A model generated the notes under the pieces. That model had not been told where the DNA came from. It was given only the letters and a program-made list of their open reading frames with translations, and did no database searches. DNA of 64,000 bases from Podarcis erhardii (Eukaryota). The position numbers and the translations under genes are program-made. The stretch's first letter is position 1, and each line of letters opens with the position of its first letter. Where the stretch lies: assembly GCA_964252035.1 (NCBI GenBank), contig OZ176206.1; one strand, 5' to 3'. Below are positions 1 to 12,600 of the stretch, one piece after another.

Positions 1-507
1 TGGTTCCACTTGACAGTTGTATTGGTGTGATCACAGGCTGCTGATGCCAGTAGAGGCAACTATCCACTCAGCTGTGGCATCCTCCTCCTCAGCTGCTGCC
101 TCCCAGCACTGGAATAGTAGGAATCCCTCTTCCCTCTCTGTTGCCATACAGCAGCTGCACCCTGCAGACTGCTTCAGTAGCCATGGCATGTTCTGAAAAC
201 TCACAGAACACATGGAGATGATCAAGTGGTCTTTAGACTGAGGTTGTTGTTCTATAGGTTAATTATGTCTTAAGAATATAATGAGAAGAACCCTTATAGA
301 TGAGAGCCATATACGCTAGTGTTCTGCACCCCCCAGTGGCCAACCAGATATTTCTGGCAAATGTACAAGCATGAAGGCGATAACTTTCTCCCAAGCAGCT
401 GGTAATTGCTTATGAAAATGTGACCAGGTTAGCAATTCCCAGACTATTGTGCCACCAAAGGGGCTAAAACAAGAGTGGGAAAACCGTGGGTTGTTGTTGG
501 ACTCCAT

Positions 508-600
508 TTCCCATCAGACCCAGACCACATGGCCAATGGCTAGAGGTGCTGGGAGTTGTAGTCCAGCAACATTTGGAGGTGCACAGTTTCACCACCTCTT
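508..600. mobile_element. Short palindromic squamate MITE-like repeat (gggagttgtagtcc family)
   Basis: ggccaatgg...gggagttgtagtccagcaacatttggagg; related copies at ~3020-3130 and ~13700-13830. Confidence 0.6.
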
Positions 601-2434
601 AAAAAACTAAGCCACCATTTTGGATATTTCTATCACTGAGTGGCTCTTAGAGCAATAGAGGCACATGCACCTGGTTCCCTGGTCTCTCTGCAGTGACTTC
701 ACCCCAAGTGAGGAAGTAAGTGCTTCCCAGCATACATAAGCTCACTACAGATTGTCCCTCACAGACATTGAGATGGTGGCAGTGAAATTCCAAGGTTATC
801 CAGGTTCAAGTTACATATAAATACAAGGTGGTTGATGGTCCCAGGAGCACCCAAGCCAGTGTCTGACATGGTGCCAAGGATCTTTTACATTTTATTTTGA
901 GTAAAATGAGAAACCTTAAGCCAAAATGTATTTAAAAGTAACCCCCTCCACATACACACAAGCAAACTCTTTGAATTTCAGACAGACACACAAGTGAATT
1001 TAATCTTCAGCCTCTGAAACAAGCACACATCCAGAATCATTACAATTTCTCAGAGAGTGCAGGTTTGTTCACGAACCCCAACTAACTGGGCAAAGGGAAT
1101 ATAAGAAGCTGGAAGGTGGAGATAACAGTTGCAAGGAGGATGCATTAGGGAGAAAGTCAGGAATATGATGGAAATACAAGGGATGTTCAGAAGATCCACA
1201 CATGCACAATGAATGTGTGATGGAGTAACAAAATGGCACCCACTAGCTACACCGCCTCCATGCTTACGCACGCCATGTGACTGCACATTTGGCCTTAGGG
1301 TGAATGGGTCTGCACGCATGCATAGGACTACTACGACTGCACACAGGCAGCCTGATTGGCCAGGGGTCTCATTAAAGTGGAAGAGCCCTACACAGGTACA
1401 TGCCACCAGGGGCATAGCTGTGTATTGGTGTAGAGGGAGGCATGCCTAGTGGGCATGATCCTGCTACCCTTCTCCATTAAAGGGGTGGAGGTGTTATAAG
1501 CACCCATGAACAGACACACTATTGAATGTAAACATGTCCCCACTTTTAATCCAGAAAGAGCTGTATCCCAGAATAATTTATTCATTGTTTTGCAGGGAAT
1601 GATAGCAAAAAGTGTTCATTTCTGTGCCAGATATAAGCAGCATTTCAGCATCAAATGACCTTGATTTTTTTCTAAAGGGGTTAAAAGTATGTGTAGATAC
1701 CTTGAAGAAAATTAGAAATAAAAGTTTCGTAAAGTTTTTCAGAAGAAACCTACCTTTCCCCACCACAATCCTTGCTCTGAATCAAACCAAAATTCCTCCA
1801 TTTATAAGCCATTTCCCCCCAAAAGTCCATGTTTCTCACAACCACCTTCATATCAAAGGCTCTATCATACTCCTATTCCTCTTATGGAGGGAGCTTAAAA
1901 GCAGGATTCTAATATTTCACATTTATGGGTTGTAAAAGAATTTTGAAGTATTCACTACCAGATTAATGTTGTGTGTGTACTACCAAAGTTGCCAGCATTT
2001 TATTTGACGCATCAGAATAATGGTTAGGCTGTTTGTGCTGTTTTACTAACATATCAATAAACTGGCAATTTGTTATACAGCCAAAAAAACAAGCAACCCA
2101 AAACCACAACCCAATGTAGCTGATGCTCACACCAACAACAAAGACAGATGTTGCTAATTAAGGGTGCATTAAAAAACAGTTAATACTGATACACCATTAA
2201 AGCCATATGATAATGAGACTTAAATCTTTAATCTGAAGGATCCATAAAAGCTGGGCATATGTGAATATTGCTACACTTGTGATTTACAAAATAAAGTAAA
2301 ATAAAATGGTTTGCTTGTGAGCTAAATCTTACAGGGTGTAAACAACTCCCTTTTATTACACACGCTGCAGTCATTTATTTAGCAGTGTTTCATTGCAGTG
2401 AAGTTGCTGTTCTTTCTTCTTTTTCTTCGTTTAG

Positions 2435-2692
2435 CAAACATTCCACACTCCAAGTCTTGGAGATGAAGAGTTTGAGATCCCACCAATTACTCCACCACCT
2501 GAACTGGATCCCACCAACTTAGGGATGGCAGATATACTGTTGCCATTTCAAGGTCTAAGTGATCAGTTGGCTGCACAAGGGAATGAGTTCACGCCACAGT
2601 TTCCACCGCAGAGCTTGGATCTTCCTTCCATTACAATATCTCGAAATCTTGTGGAACAAGATGGTATCATCCAAAGCAATGGGTTACATATG
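2435..2692 (+). CDS. TOX3: TOX3 coding exon (equivalent to mammalian exon 3), N-terminal acidic/Pro-rich region
   Basis: Polypyrimidine tract + TTAG acceptor ending 2434; reads [86 protein letters not shown], matching TOX3 as I know it; donor GTACGG at 2693; 258 nt, phase 0/0. Confidence 0.97.
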
Positions 2693-3019
2693 GTACGGAT
2701 TTTTCCTTTCCTTTCCATTTGACTGCATAACTTCTCTTACTGCTGCATAGAATTGCAGTGTTGTGTACTGAGCCAAACATTTATGCTCCCCTGCCTCCCC
2801 TCCAATAACTTATCTGGCAAGCACATGAAAATAACATCCAGCTGCTAAAAGATGGTACTCCTTGCACTCAATACAGCATCCTTATTTGTTGTCTTTTGTT
2901 GTAGTGACGCACAGTCGATATCGCTAGTGTCTTGTGGCAGGATATTTTCATAAATTTTCAGTGGGCACCATAATGTGCATTCGCTTATTTCAGGGATGGT
3001 GAGATCCTTCGGCCCTTCA

Positions 3020-3132
3020 GATCTTGTTGGACTCCAGCCCTCACTTGTCCCAGCCAGCAGGGCCAATGGTCAGGGATAATGGGGGTGGAAGTTCAACAAC
3101 ATCTGGTGGGTCACAAGTTCCCCATCCCTGAC
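3020..3132. mobile_element. Palindromic squamate MITE-like repeat, same family as 508-600
   Basis: Left arm tgttggactccagccctca and right arm gggggtggaagttcaacaacatctgg are degenerate inverted repeats. Confidence 0.6.
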
Positions 3133-3391
3133 TCATTTCATTGCTCGGAAGGCTCCTGGCGGTAGAGAGAAAGGAGAAAGTTGCAGACTGCAGATTCAGG
3201 GTCATGAGCTGGTGGCAGAGCATGAATCTGGAGCAAGGAAACCAGCGAGCCCAAATTCAGATGACACATGAAGCCAAACAACAGTTTAGTCCTGAGTAGC
3301 GCAGCAACAGGAGGAATTGGGGAAGGGATTGATAGCCACAGTCTCCTCTCTGGGAGCCTGCACATTCATAGTAAGCCACTGTTTAGCTTTA

Positions 3392-3617
3392 CAGTGGTAC
3401 CTCAGGTTAAGAACTTAATTTGTTCTGGAGGTCCGTTCTTAACCTGAAACTGTTCTTAACCTGAAGCACCACTTTAGCTAATGGGGCCTCCCACTGCCGC
3501 CGTGCCTCTGGAGCATGATTTCTGCTCTCATCCTGAAGCAAAGTTCTTAACCCAAGGTACTATTTCTGGGTTAGCGGAGTCTGTAACCTGAAGCGTCTGT
3601 AACCCGAGGTGCCACTG
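3392..3617 (+). mobile_element. Tc1/mariner (Tigger/pogo-like) MITE
   Basis: TIRs CAGTGGTACCTC...GAGGTGCCACTG, TA duplication at 3390-3391 and 3618-3619; near-identical inverted copy at 35460-35701. Confidence 0.9.
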
Positions 3618-5762
3618 TACTTAGTGTAATGTGCAAACCAGGACAGTGTTTTAGCAATGCAGCTGAATTTGCGTTCAACCCATTTGCAAGGCACAGTAAT
3701 GTGTGTATTTGGTTGTATGATGTAATCTTCATTTGCAGAGATTACACCTGCTTCACAGGTTAATAGGTGTAATAGCATTACTGTAAGGTACACCCTGATA
3801 GTTAATTTCTTATCCTCGTAGCTTTTTCTGTGGAGCAGAAGGCTTTGTAGTGTAAACACTCAGTTCTAAATACTTACTGTTTCCCCAGTATCAGCTGTAA
3901 GGAAGTAGAACTAACTAAATAAATAATGTAAAGAGCTAGGTGAAGCTTAAGGGCTGTGTTAGTTTTACTTAGTAATTAATGGGCTTGTTACTTATGACCA
4001 TTAATTTCAATGGGTCTACTCTGAGTAGGACTAGCATTGAATGTAGTCCTGGATATTTCAAGGCAGCCAAAGCTTCAGGTGTTGTGGTGGGTGGGTGGTG
4101 ACTTGAAAAGCTCTTCTAAATTCTCCCCCATTTCATACTGTTCCCTCTTTCAGTCTGAACATCTAATCTAAATTCCATAGATGTGGCGGTAAATGTCTCT
4201 CATCATTTATTGAAAATGTGCACTTTATTAAACTGATAAATATTTATTAATAATAGAATCCATCTTTAGATTGTATATTTCGTGAATTACCTTTCTTTAG
4301 AGCCATAACTTTTTTTTTATTACCGCAATAAAAAAAACGTAAAAGAGGCATTTTAACTATGAAATTTCATTTCATGGTCAATTGGGCTTACTGTATCTAA
4401 AAGAACTAAATATGGAGCCATAAAATAATTATGATATTCATCTACACTCTTGAACAATGCCTGCACAAAGCAGCATTCAGCTTGTCAAATCTTACTGCAT
4501 TGTTGAGAAGTTGCTAATCGGTAATGATAGACAAGACCTAGATGTCTATAGAGGCAAGTAATACTTTTTCCAAACCGAAACCATTAGAATAACACAGCCC
4601 TTTTTTCTGTTTTTAAGATACCAAATGAAATCCCAGCCACTTTTGGAAACATTACTGTGTTAGACAGCTTCACTGCAAATGATAGCTATTTTAATTGGAT
4701 TTATAGATTGACCCTGTTGAAATGTCCAGTAGAATTTCACCTTGAAGAAAATGTCATGAAATTTTCAAGCACAAACAGAAGAAATGAAATGTACTTGGGC
4801 AGAGCTATGATTAATACAGTGTGTCTCTGGCTTTGTTCTGAGCAGTACCTGACATGTTCACCTATAAACTTGAATGCAAAATCGCCAGAGGCACGGGTAG
4901 AAATAGGTTATGTCAAGGTTCTCCGATGTTTCCCTCAGGGTGCGGAGTTGGCCAGCTACATAACAGTACTTTCGCAGGCTTCTCTTAGATTTGCTGCAGG
5001 ATGACTGCTGGAATAATAAATAATACTTTCCATTCCATTTCTGACTTAGGATTGCTATATCCAGCAATCCATTTTAAGTGCAAGCAAGCTGTTTTATTAC
5101 CAAAGTATATGTAGCCCAGCGGTTATTAAAAATGAATGTATTGATGGATTAACAATTCTTCCTACCAGTAAAAAAAAAAAAAAAAAGACCTTCTGATGTA
5201 TTGTCCTACATTTCTTACCCAGCCTGTTATTGCTTTTGTTTATAGAAAAAGTGACAATTTGTCATGTTGCTGATTAGCTTCATTATTATTGACAGGATAC
5301 AAAGGGACATTTATCTTAGTTTAAATGTATGCTATTACGTTGGGATTTCCCTCACACTCCCCCACCCCAAAATGAGGAAGCACAACAGAAAACTAAAGAT
5401 AAAAGAAGTGCACTGTGATTAGCATTTGCATTTTAATAATATGCTAATACCAAAAAAAATCAAGCTTCATAAATGAATTACTGGCAGGGAATGAACGAGT
5501 TCTAGCTTGAGTTCAGAAAAACACCTGGGACTTAACAAGATGTGGTAAAATATATAGACCTACACATAAATAGATGGAAATCAATTGCTATATGCTATCA
5601 AAAGTCATTACAGTCTAAAGCACAGTTGACTGTTTAGATGATCACCTGAGAAATTATTTTAATCTACAAAGGGTGGCAATTCCATAGCGTTGTTGCCTGT
5701 GCTCTATAGGGTTCCTTTTTATTCTTTTCTCTCCCCCCCTCTCCCCTTTAAACATCTCTCTA

Positions 5763-6456
5763 NNNNNNNNNNNNNNNNNNNNNNNNNNNNNNNNNNNNNN
5801 NNNNNNNNNNNNNNNNNNNNNNNNNNNNNNNNNNNNNNNNNNNNNNNNNNNNNNNNNNNNNNNNNNNNNNNNNNNNNNNNNNNNNNNNNNNNNNNNNNNN
5901 NNNNNNNNNNNNNNNNNNNNNNNNNNNNNNNNNNNNNNNNNNNNNNNNNNNNNNNNNNNNNNNNNNNNNNNNNNNNNNNNNNNNNNNNNNNNNNNNNNNN
6001 NNNNNNNNNNNNNNNNNNNNNNAAGAAAAATCTGTAGCCCTAGAGGCTTGAGAGAGAGCAGCTGAACGATTTATCTCCATGCTATTATAGCCTTTGCCAG
6101 CATTCAACATTTTCTCCTTCTTTNNNNNNNNNNNNNNNNNNNNNNNNNNNNNNNNNNNNNNNNNNNNNNNNNNNNNNNNNNNNNNNNNNNNNNNNNNNNN
6201 NNNNNNNNNNNNNNNNNNNNNNNNNNNNNNNNNNNNNNNNNNNNNNNNNNNNNNNNNNNNNNNNNNNNNNNNNNNNNNNACTGNNNNNNNNNNNNNNNNN
6301 NNNNNNNNNNNNNNNNNNNNNNNNNNNNNNNNNNNNNNNNNNNNNNNNNNNNNNNNNNNNNNNNNNNNNNNNNNNNNNNNNNNNNNNNNNNNNNNNNNNN
6401 NNNNNNNNNNNNNNNNNNNNNNNNNNNNNNNNNNNNNNNNNNNNNNNNNNNNNNNN
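5763..6456. other. Assembly gaps (N 5763-6022, 6124-6279, 6284-6456)
   Basis: Runs of N with a 101-bp island and a 4-bp ACTG island; the X-rich ORFs in the track are artefacts. Confidence 0.99.
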
Positions 6457-8572
6457 TTCTGATATCTAAGAAACAGACGGTAAAATAATTGTCTCTTTTC
6501 AGCCTGCATTTATTTTTCACTGCCTTAAAAAAATACCTCTGGTTAACTCTACAAAAATAGAGTTAACTGTAAGTGCATCATTTTTTGGTATATCTCTGTG
6601 TAAAGAAGTTCCTATATGAAAATGTGATAATCATTATTCTGCCACAAAAATGTATAGCAGAACTTCGCTTTGTGTTCAAAATGTTTAGATTAGATTTGAT
6701 TCCACCCACACCATTTTTTTATTCTTGAACACATGACTGTAATTGTGCACTGGAAATTTTTAGTTCCTGCTCCCACTACTTTGAACAACTCTCTCTTACA
6801 TCCTATCACAAAGAACCTGCTAGGACACTGCTGTCATCTATTGATGTTCTCCTTGATCAGAGGTGAGATGGATGGTGACCCAGTAGAGGACTTTTTCACC
6901 TGTGGCACAGTGTTAGCCTTCTATCCCCACAAAAGCTTACCTAGTGCCTACATTGCTCTCTGTTGTTGTTGTAGTAGTAGTGGTAGTAGTTGTCTGCCCT
7001 TCAGTGAAAGTTCCCAGTAAATGTTTTGTTTTTGTTCTAAATTCTCCCAGACCCTGCAGGTATCTTAAACAAATTTGGGAATTCTGCAGCCTCCTTCCTT
7101 AATGGTACAGTTTACTAATTTTTATTGTTTTAACATGTAAACCTCCCTAGAGTCAATGCTGAATGCATAAAGATTCTTAAATAAAATTCTTAATGATGGG
7201 TTGCATCTAATGCATTTCTACTGAAATTAATGCACATGATTAATAAGACCATTCATTCCAATGGGTTTGTTCTGTTCTTGGCCATGTGCATTGAACAACT
7301 GAAGAAAACAAATCTGATGCTCCCTGGAGCTCATTGTTTTTTGATTTTGTGGACCCTGGTTGATATATTTATCACAATGCCATGGGACAAAAATTGCTAA
7401 CATAAATAGTATATAAGTTTAAAGGATTGCTAGCATCAGTCACTCACAATGCAGTCCATGCCTAGTCATCAGTCCCACTGAGTTCAACAAGGCTTATTCC
7501 CATGCAAATGTGGATAGGATTTCAGCAACTGAAATCTTATATACATGCAATGATGTGGGTTTTTCAGGAAAGAATAATAACATTTGGAACATTTTCTGAA
7601 AAACGTTCTCATGCAAATTAGGCTAATTAGCAAATGGAAGTTTGCACTGGGAAATTTTCAGTTTGCACTGGGAAATTTTTGATGCTCTAGAGACCCATTT
7701 AATTTTGTATGCTTATTTTATTTGTATTCAGCCAACAAACCTAAAACTTTGAAATTGCAGAACTTATCAAATATTACATTTGCAATTGGCATCCATTCAT
7801 TGTTAACTAATGAACTTATGAAATGGAATCTGTTACATGATGAAATAACGTATTGGAGCATTTACACCCCATATCACTGTACACATGGAACACACTGTTC
7901 ACATGGGAGTAAGTCCTATTAAATCCAGTAGGAGTTACCACTGAGTAGGAATGCATAGGATTACATTGCTGTAAACAACCTTTAGTATTTCACATAGATA
8001 TAATCATATGAAGGAAAGATTTTTAATTTTATTTAAAAGGCAATTTAAATATAGACATTTATAATCCAGATTCTTGATTTAGCCTTTCAGTAAAGCAAGG
8101 AATTGAAAATTACCAATATGTTATGTCAAATCTGGCAGATAGGCATGGTTTCAGGTTATTTTCCTTCATAAAATGTGTGTTTTATTCATTCTAATTTTAT
8201 TTACAAGGAAACTCCCACAATTTATTTTTAATATCCACATTACGATCTTGATATGAATAGGGGGAAAGAGAGGGACTGTGATTACAACAGAGTTACAGCA
8301 GTATTGTTTACTATATTACAAATAAAACAGTTATTTCATGGTTCATTAATGTGTTTAGTGTCTGGAACTCTTTATTAAAAGAAGCCTTTCTTGTTGTTAA
8401 GAACATGTTTATTGTCATCATTAAGAGGGGGAAACCCAACTAATTACTGAATTCAATCATTTGTTCATTTATAAGGATGGCGGTTTCTCACCTGAGGAGG
8501 CACTTAACAGCTCAGTGTGGCATTTTATCATCAGACACCAATCAGTTTAGTTTTGTTGTTTAGAGAAAGAAG

Positions 8573-8903
8573 TGACATGATAGATGTTTAAAAACTAATG
8601 CATGCCATGGAGAAAGTGAGTAGAGAGAAGTTCTCTCTCATGAACATACAATGAAGCTGTATGATGGAAGGTTTAGGGCAGATAAAACAAGAGTACTTTC
8701 TCACATGGCACATACTTAAAACTATGGAAATCACTTCCAAAGGAGGCAGTGGTGATGGCCTCCAACCTGGATGCCTTTAAAAGAGGATTAGGCAAATCTA
8801 TGGAGGAGAAGGCTATCAACATCTACTGGCCATGAAGGCTGAGTTCAACTTCCTTTGTTGGAGGTAGTACATCTCTGAATACCAGTTGCTGGGAATTACA
8901 GGT
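8573..8903 (+). mobile_element. Degenerate CR1 LINE 3' fragment
   Basis: ctatggaaatcacttcc...ggatgcctttaaaagaggattaggcaaatctatggaggagaaggctatcaa matches the CR1 3' end seen many times in the window. Confidence 0.75.
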
Positions 8904-9416
8904 GAACAGAAAGATTCTGATTAAAAGCCTCACTTAGCTATGAAGTTCAATAGATTATGGAGAATGGTTACGAGAAGGAAATGGGTGAGAGCTGTACACA
9001 TCGCCCTGAGGTACTTCAGGGAAAGTCATAATAAAAATGTAATAACATAAATAATGCATTTTTTTTTAAAAAAAAGTCAGTATCATTGTTTTACAACAAG
9101 AGCTTTTTAAACATTGCACATATAAAATCTATTGGTGATTATTTTTGTTCTCATAACAAAATACTCAATTCTCACCTGGTGCCACTGTCAACCGTGACAC
9201 TTTTCTTTCCCACCCTTACCCACAGCCAACAAACAAAAATGAGATGTGGTTTTTAGTCACTGGATTAGAATGGTCTGAGGAAAAGCTTCAGAAAATGTCA
9301 TATGCACAGTTCTTCTGAGAACAATGAGCCACACACTTTTGTGGAACTTATCCCTATCAAGCTGGTTGTCCAGGAAAATTTTTATTAGACATATAACATG
9401 CCACAAAAGGAATATA

Positions 9417-9619
9417 CAGTGGTACCTCTGGTTGCGGATGGGATCCATTCCAGAGGTTCAGTTGGATCCTGAGGTTTCCACAACCTGAGGACCGCTTCTG
9501 CGCATGCGCGTGCAGTGGTAGACCACTTCTGCGCATGCGCGCACGGCAAAACCCGGTAAAATACTTCTGCATCCCAAAGTTTATGTAACTAGAGGGTTAC
9601 ATAACCGGAGGTACTACTG
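9417..9619. mobile_element. Tigger-like MITE (second subfamily) with two TGCGCATGCGCG motifs
   Basis: TIRs CAGTGGTACCTC...GAGGTACTACTG; TA duplication at 9415-9416 and 9620-9621. Confidence 0.88.
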
Positions 9620-12600
9620 TACATCTCTGACACATTTTTTGACAGATGAATTCAACAATACATCATAAAACCATATATCTATAGTAGGAACACCTACATA
9701 TTTCCTCTCTCATTTGCATACCATGTATTTGGTAACCATCAGTCTTTGGTAACCATCAGAGCAAAATGGATATTTGGCATATCTCTAGACTGAAGACAAG
9801 GGTGGTGTCCTACCAGAGTTAACTCTGGATGCCATCACACTGATAGGATAATGAGACTCCTACTTACCTCCCTTGACTGCACCGGTGGAGCCAAAAGAAG
9901 TGTATCTGCCAAGATGCTTTCAGTTGGCCTTGCTGCAGGGATTTGCTGGACAGTGTGCATACTGTCCTTGCTAAATTGCTCTGGTTCTTAAAAAAAAGAA
10001 AAAAGCAGCCTGTTATTTATTTGGTTTGATTTATGGCACTTCTGCGCTGCCCCATAATGTAAAAGTTCTCTGAGCAGTTTGCAATGAGTAAATAAACCCA
10101 ACTGAAATAAAAACTGAAGCACAAACCTGTTTAAAAATGGGAGACCTATATAAAGGTGGCAAAACAGAACTTTCTGTACACCCCTCGCCCCCATTAAAAA
10201 CAGATTTAAAGATTAGATGCCCTATGTTAAAAGGCGAGTGAGTAACAAAGTCTTCACCTGGCACCAAAAAGACCACAAAAATGGCACCAGGCGAACCTCC
10301 CTGTGCTTCTAAGTTAGTTGTCACTGGCAGCAGGATGCTGCTCTTTTTGCAGAACAGCAAGTGGAAGTTTAACCGGGTAAAAGGGTAGCAAAAAATGAAA
10401 GCTGTGGAATAAGCATTGGGAAATCAGGAAGCCATTCCAACGGTTCCTGTTCCTTGAGGTTACTCTCATTTCTGTCACCTGTGTATTATGCAGTAATTCG
10501 AATCTTCAGTATTGTAGAACATGAAAAAATGGGGGGGGGGGGAAGCATTGACCCATAGATTTGCGCACACAGTGAGCCCATTCCCAAAATATCATTCTGA
10601 CATTTGGAGAGGTGAGAACCTTGTAGGCAATTTTATTCAGGGCCAAATATTGGTTTGCCCCACTCAGAGGTGCACTTGAAAGGGTCAAGGGAAAGCAATT
10701 GCTGGTTTCCTTCTGCAGAACCGCATGAGAGTTGAAACGTTCTCAGAACACTGAGATGCATACATTGTACCCAGAGAGGCATTTCTTTCTCGGCTTTCAA
10801 TTCACGTGTGTCTTTATGGCAATGGTTTTTCCTTTTATTTGGGGATTGTTGTTGCTTTTGGTGATAGTCCAACTGAACAGAGCAGTGTTGTATTATTAGA
10901 TTTTGCCAGAACATAGAATTCTTGCTTTTTAAAAAGTATGTGACAATACGGAGTAGCCATATTTTTTTTTAATGGAAGCAGTCAAGGCACAAACCAAATT
11001 TTAGAAGGCAAATATAAAATATACTACTGGGGAAACTGGGGTTCTTGTATCTGTTTTACTTCTGCATGTTTCGTGGCCAAAATGAAAATAGAAAATGGTA
11101 TGAAATAAATTTAAATCTAGGTAAATAATGGGCTGAGCCAAATTCGGTGATTTTCTCCATTTGAAAAATCAATTACCAAGTTTTAATTAAGGTGCTTTTT
11201 ATTGATTTATGCTTAATTCTTAATGTTTCATTTCTTGGCACGTTTGTTGTATTATATAGGTCTCTCTTGTTTTATTATTCTATACTGTGATTTACCTATC
11301 ATGTTAAGCAATACTTTTAAATTGATTGATTTGATTTTGCCAGCTATTTAGAGTAAAAAAACCACCACAGAAATCTGCTAATCCAGGCCCCCTAAACAGT
11401 TTGTTTAAAGACAACCCACACAGGTTCAAAAAGTCAGGATTCAAATAAACTGCATTTTATTCTGGTCCCAAATAATTTCTGCAGCCATGGTTTTTTAGTC
11501 TAAACATAGGGGATTGTCCTGCCTTTAGACTTCCCATTAGGGCATATGATTGGGCACTGTAAAAACAGAATGCCAGACTAGATGGGCCATTGAGGATTTC
11601 CTTATGTTCTTAGGGTTCCATGTATATCAATGCTTGCAGGATTGTAAGGAGACAAAGTTTAAAGTGGGTTTCTAAAGCAAAATTGTAGGTACATTTTAGC
11701 TAGCATCAAACTGTGCACTAGATTCTGGCACAAAGTGAACTGATGTTTTTTTAAAAAAATCTGGGTGCAGTGTCAGTATCTGTGGTTGTGTGGCAGAGAC
11801 ACACTCTGCATGCATACATCTCTACTTAAAAGGATATCAGGTGGTACACCTGGGGGAAAAAATATCTGCTTGAAATCCTGGAGATCTGCTACTGGGGAAA
11901 GACATTGCTACACACAGTACTGTACAGATGAATTAATCATCATGATTCATTATAAGACAGTTTCATATATTCAGGATCCTGGGCAGTCTGCCACCCTGTC
12001 CTTTTCCACCTCTCCAGTTTCAAAATCAGTCAATGGCTTCAGGAGCCTTTTCAGTGTCAACATGGAGAATTGTTTCATGATAGCCCTGAATCATAATTCT
12101 CCAATTACTTATGGCAACAGGGTCCCAGAAGCCCCCATACTGCCAGAACTGCAAGTTTTAGGCAGTTAACAACCAATCTTCCAGTGGCTTCAGGCTTTTT
12201 CAGGAGCCTAAATCTCGGCACATTTAACAAGACAAATACATGATTTGTAAATATTTTATATTACTTTTCTTGGCATCGTGTTAGATATTTACGGTACATC
12301 AGGTTGCTTGTATCCAAATGTGCAGGGCTAGATCTGCTGTAAAATCACAACTTGCTATGTTGCCACCTAAAGACTGGTGCAGTTTACTTGCCTAAGGCAT
12401 GAGATCCAAGCCCAAGCCCATGAATAGGTAAAAAATAGGGGAGTGTGAGGAAAGACTTGGGCTTTTTAGTTTAGCAAAGGATAGTGACTTACTTGCCAAG
12501 TGCCCTGGAAAAAATGGGACATTCCATTTTTTTCTCATGAGATTGTGGCAGCTCTTTTGGCTGCTGTGATCTCCCCCGCAAAATGCTTTTAGGGGGACCG

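Noticed and set aside
1-2434. TOX3 exon 2 (expected FGNNNNYMNMAEANNAFFAASE-like)
   Set aside because: No such sequence found in any frame; exons 1-2 must lie upstream of the window.
3990-4055. Recurring short palindromic motif (aatgggtctactctgagtag), also at ~7900, ~17410, ~33000 and ~62590; considered as CRISPR-like or regulatory
   Set aside because: Dispersed, degenerate and without regular spacers; best explained as an old interspersed MITE-like repeat.
5690-6520. Long ORFs full of X
   Set aside because: Artefacts of translating N gaps.
9728-9759. 15-bp direct repeat tttggtaaccatcag (also a 19-bp repeat at 7640/7661)
   Set aside because: Ordinary local slippage duplications with no further structure.
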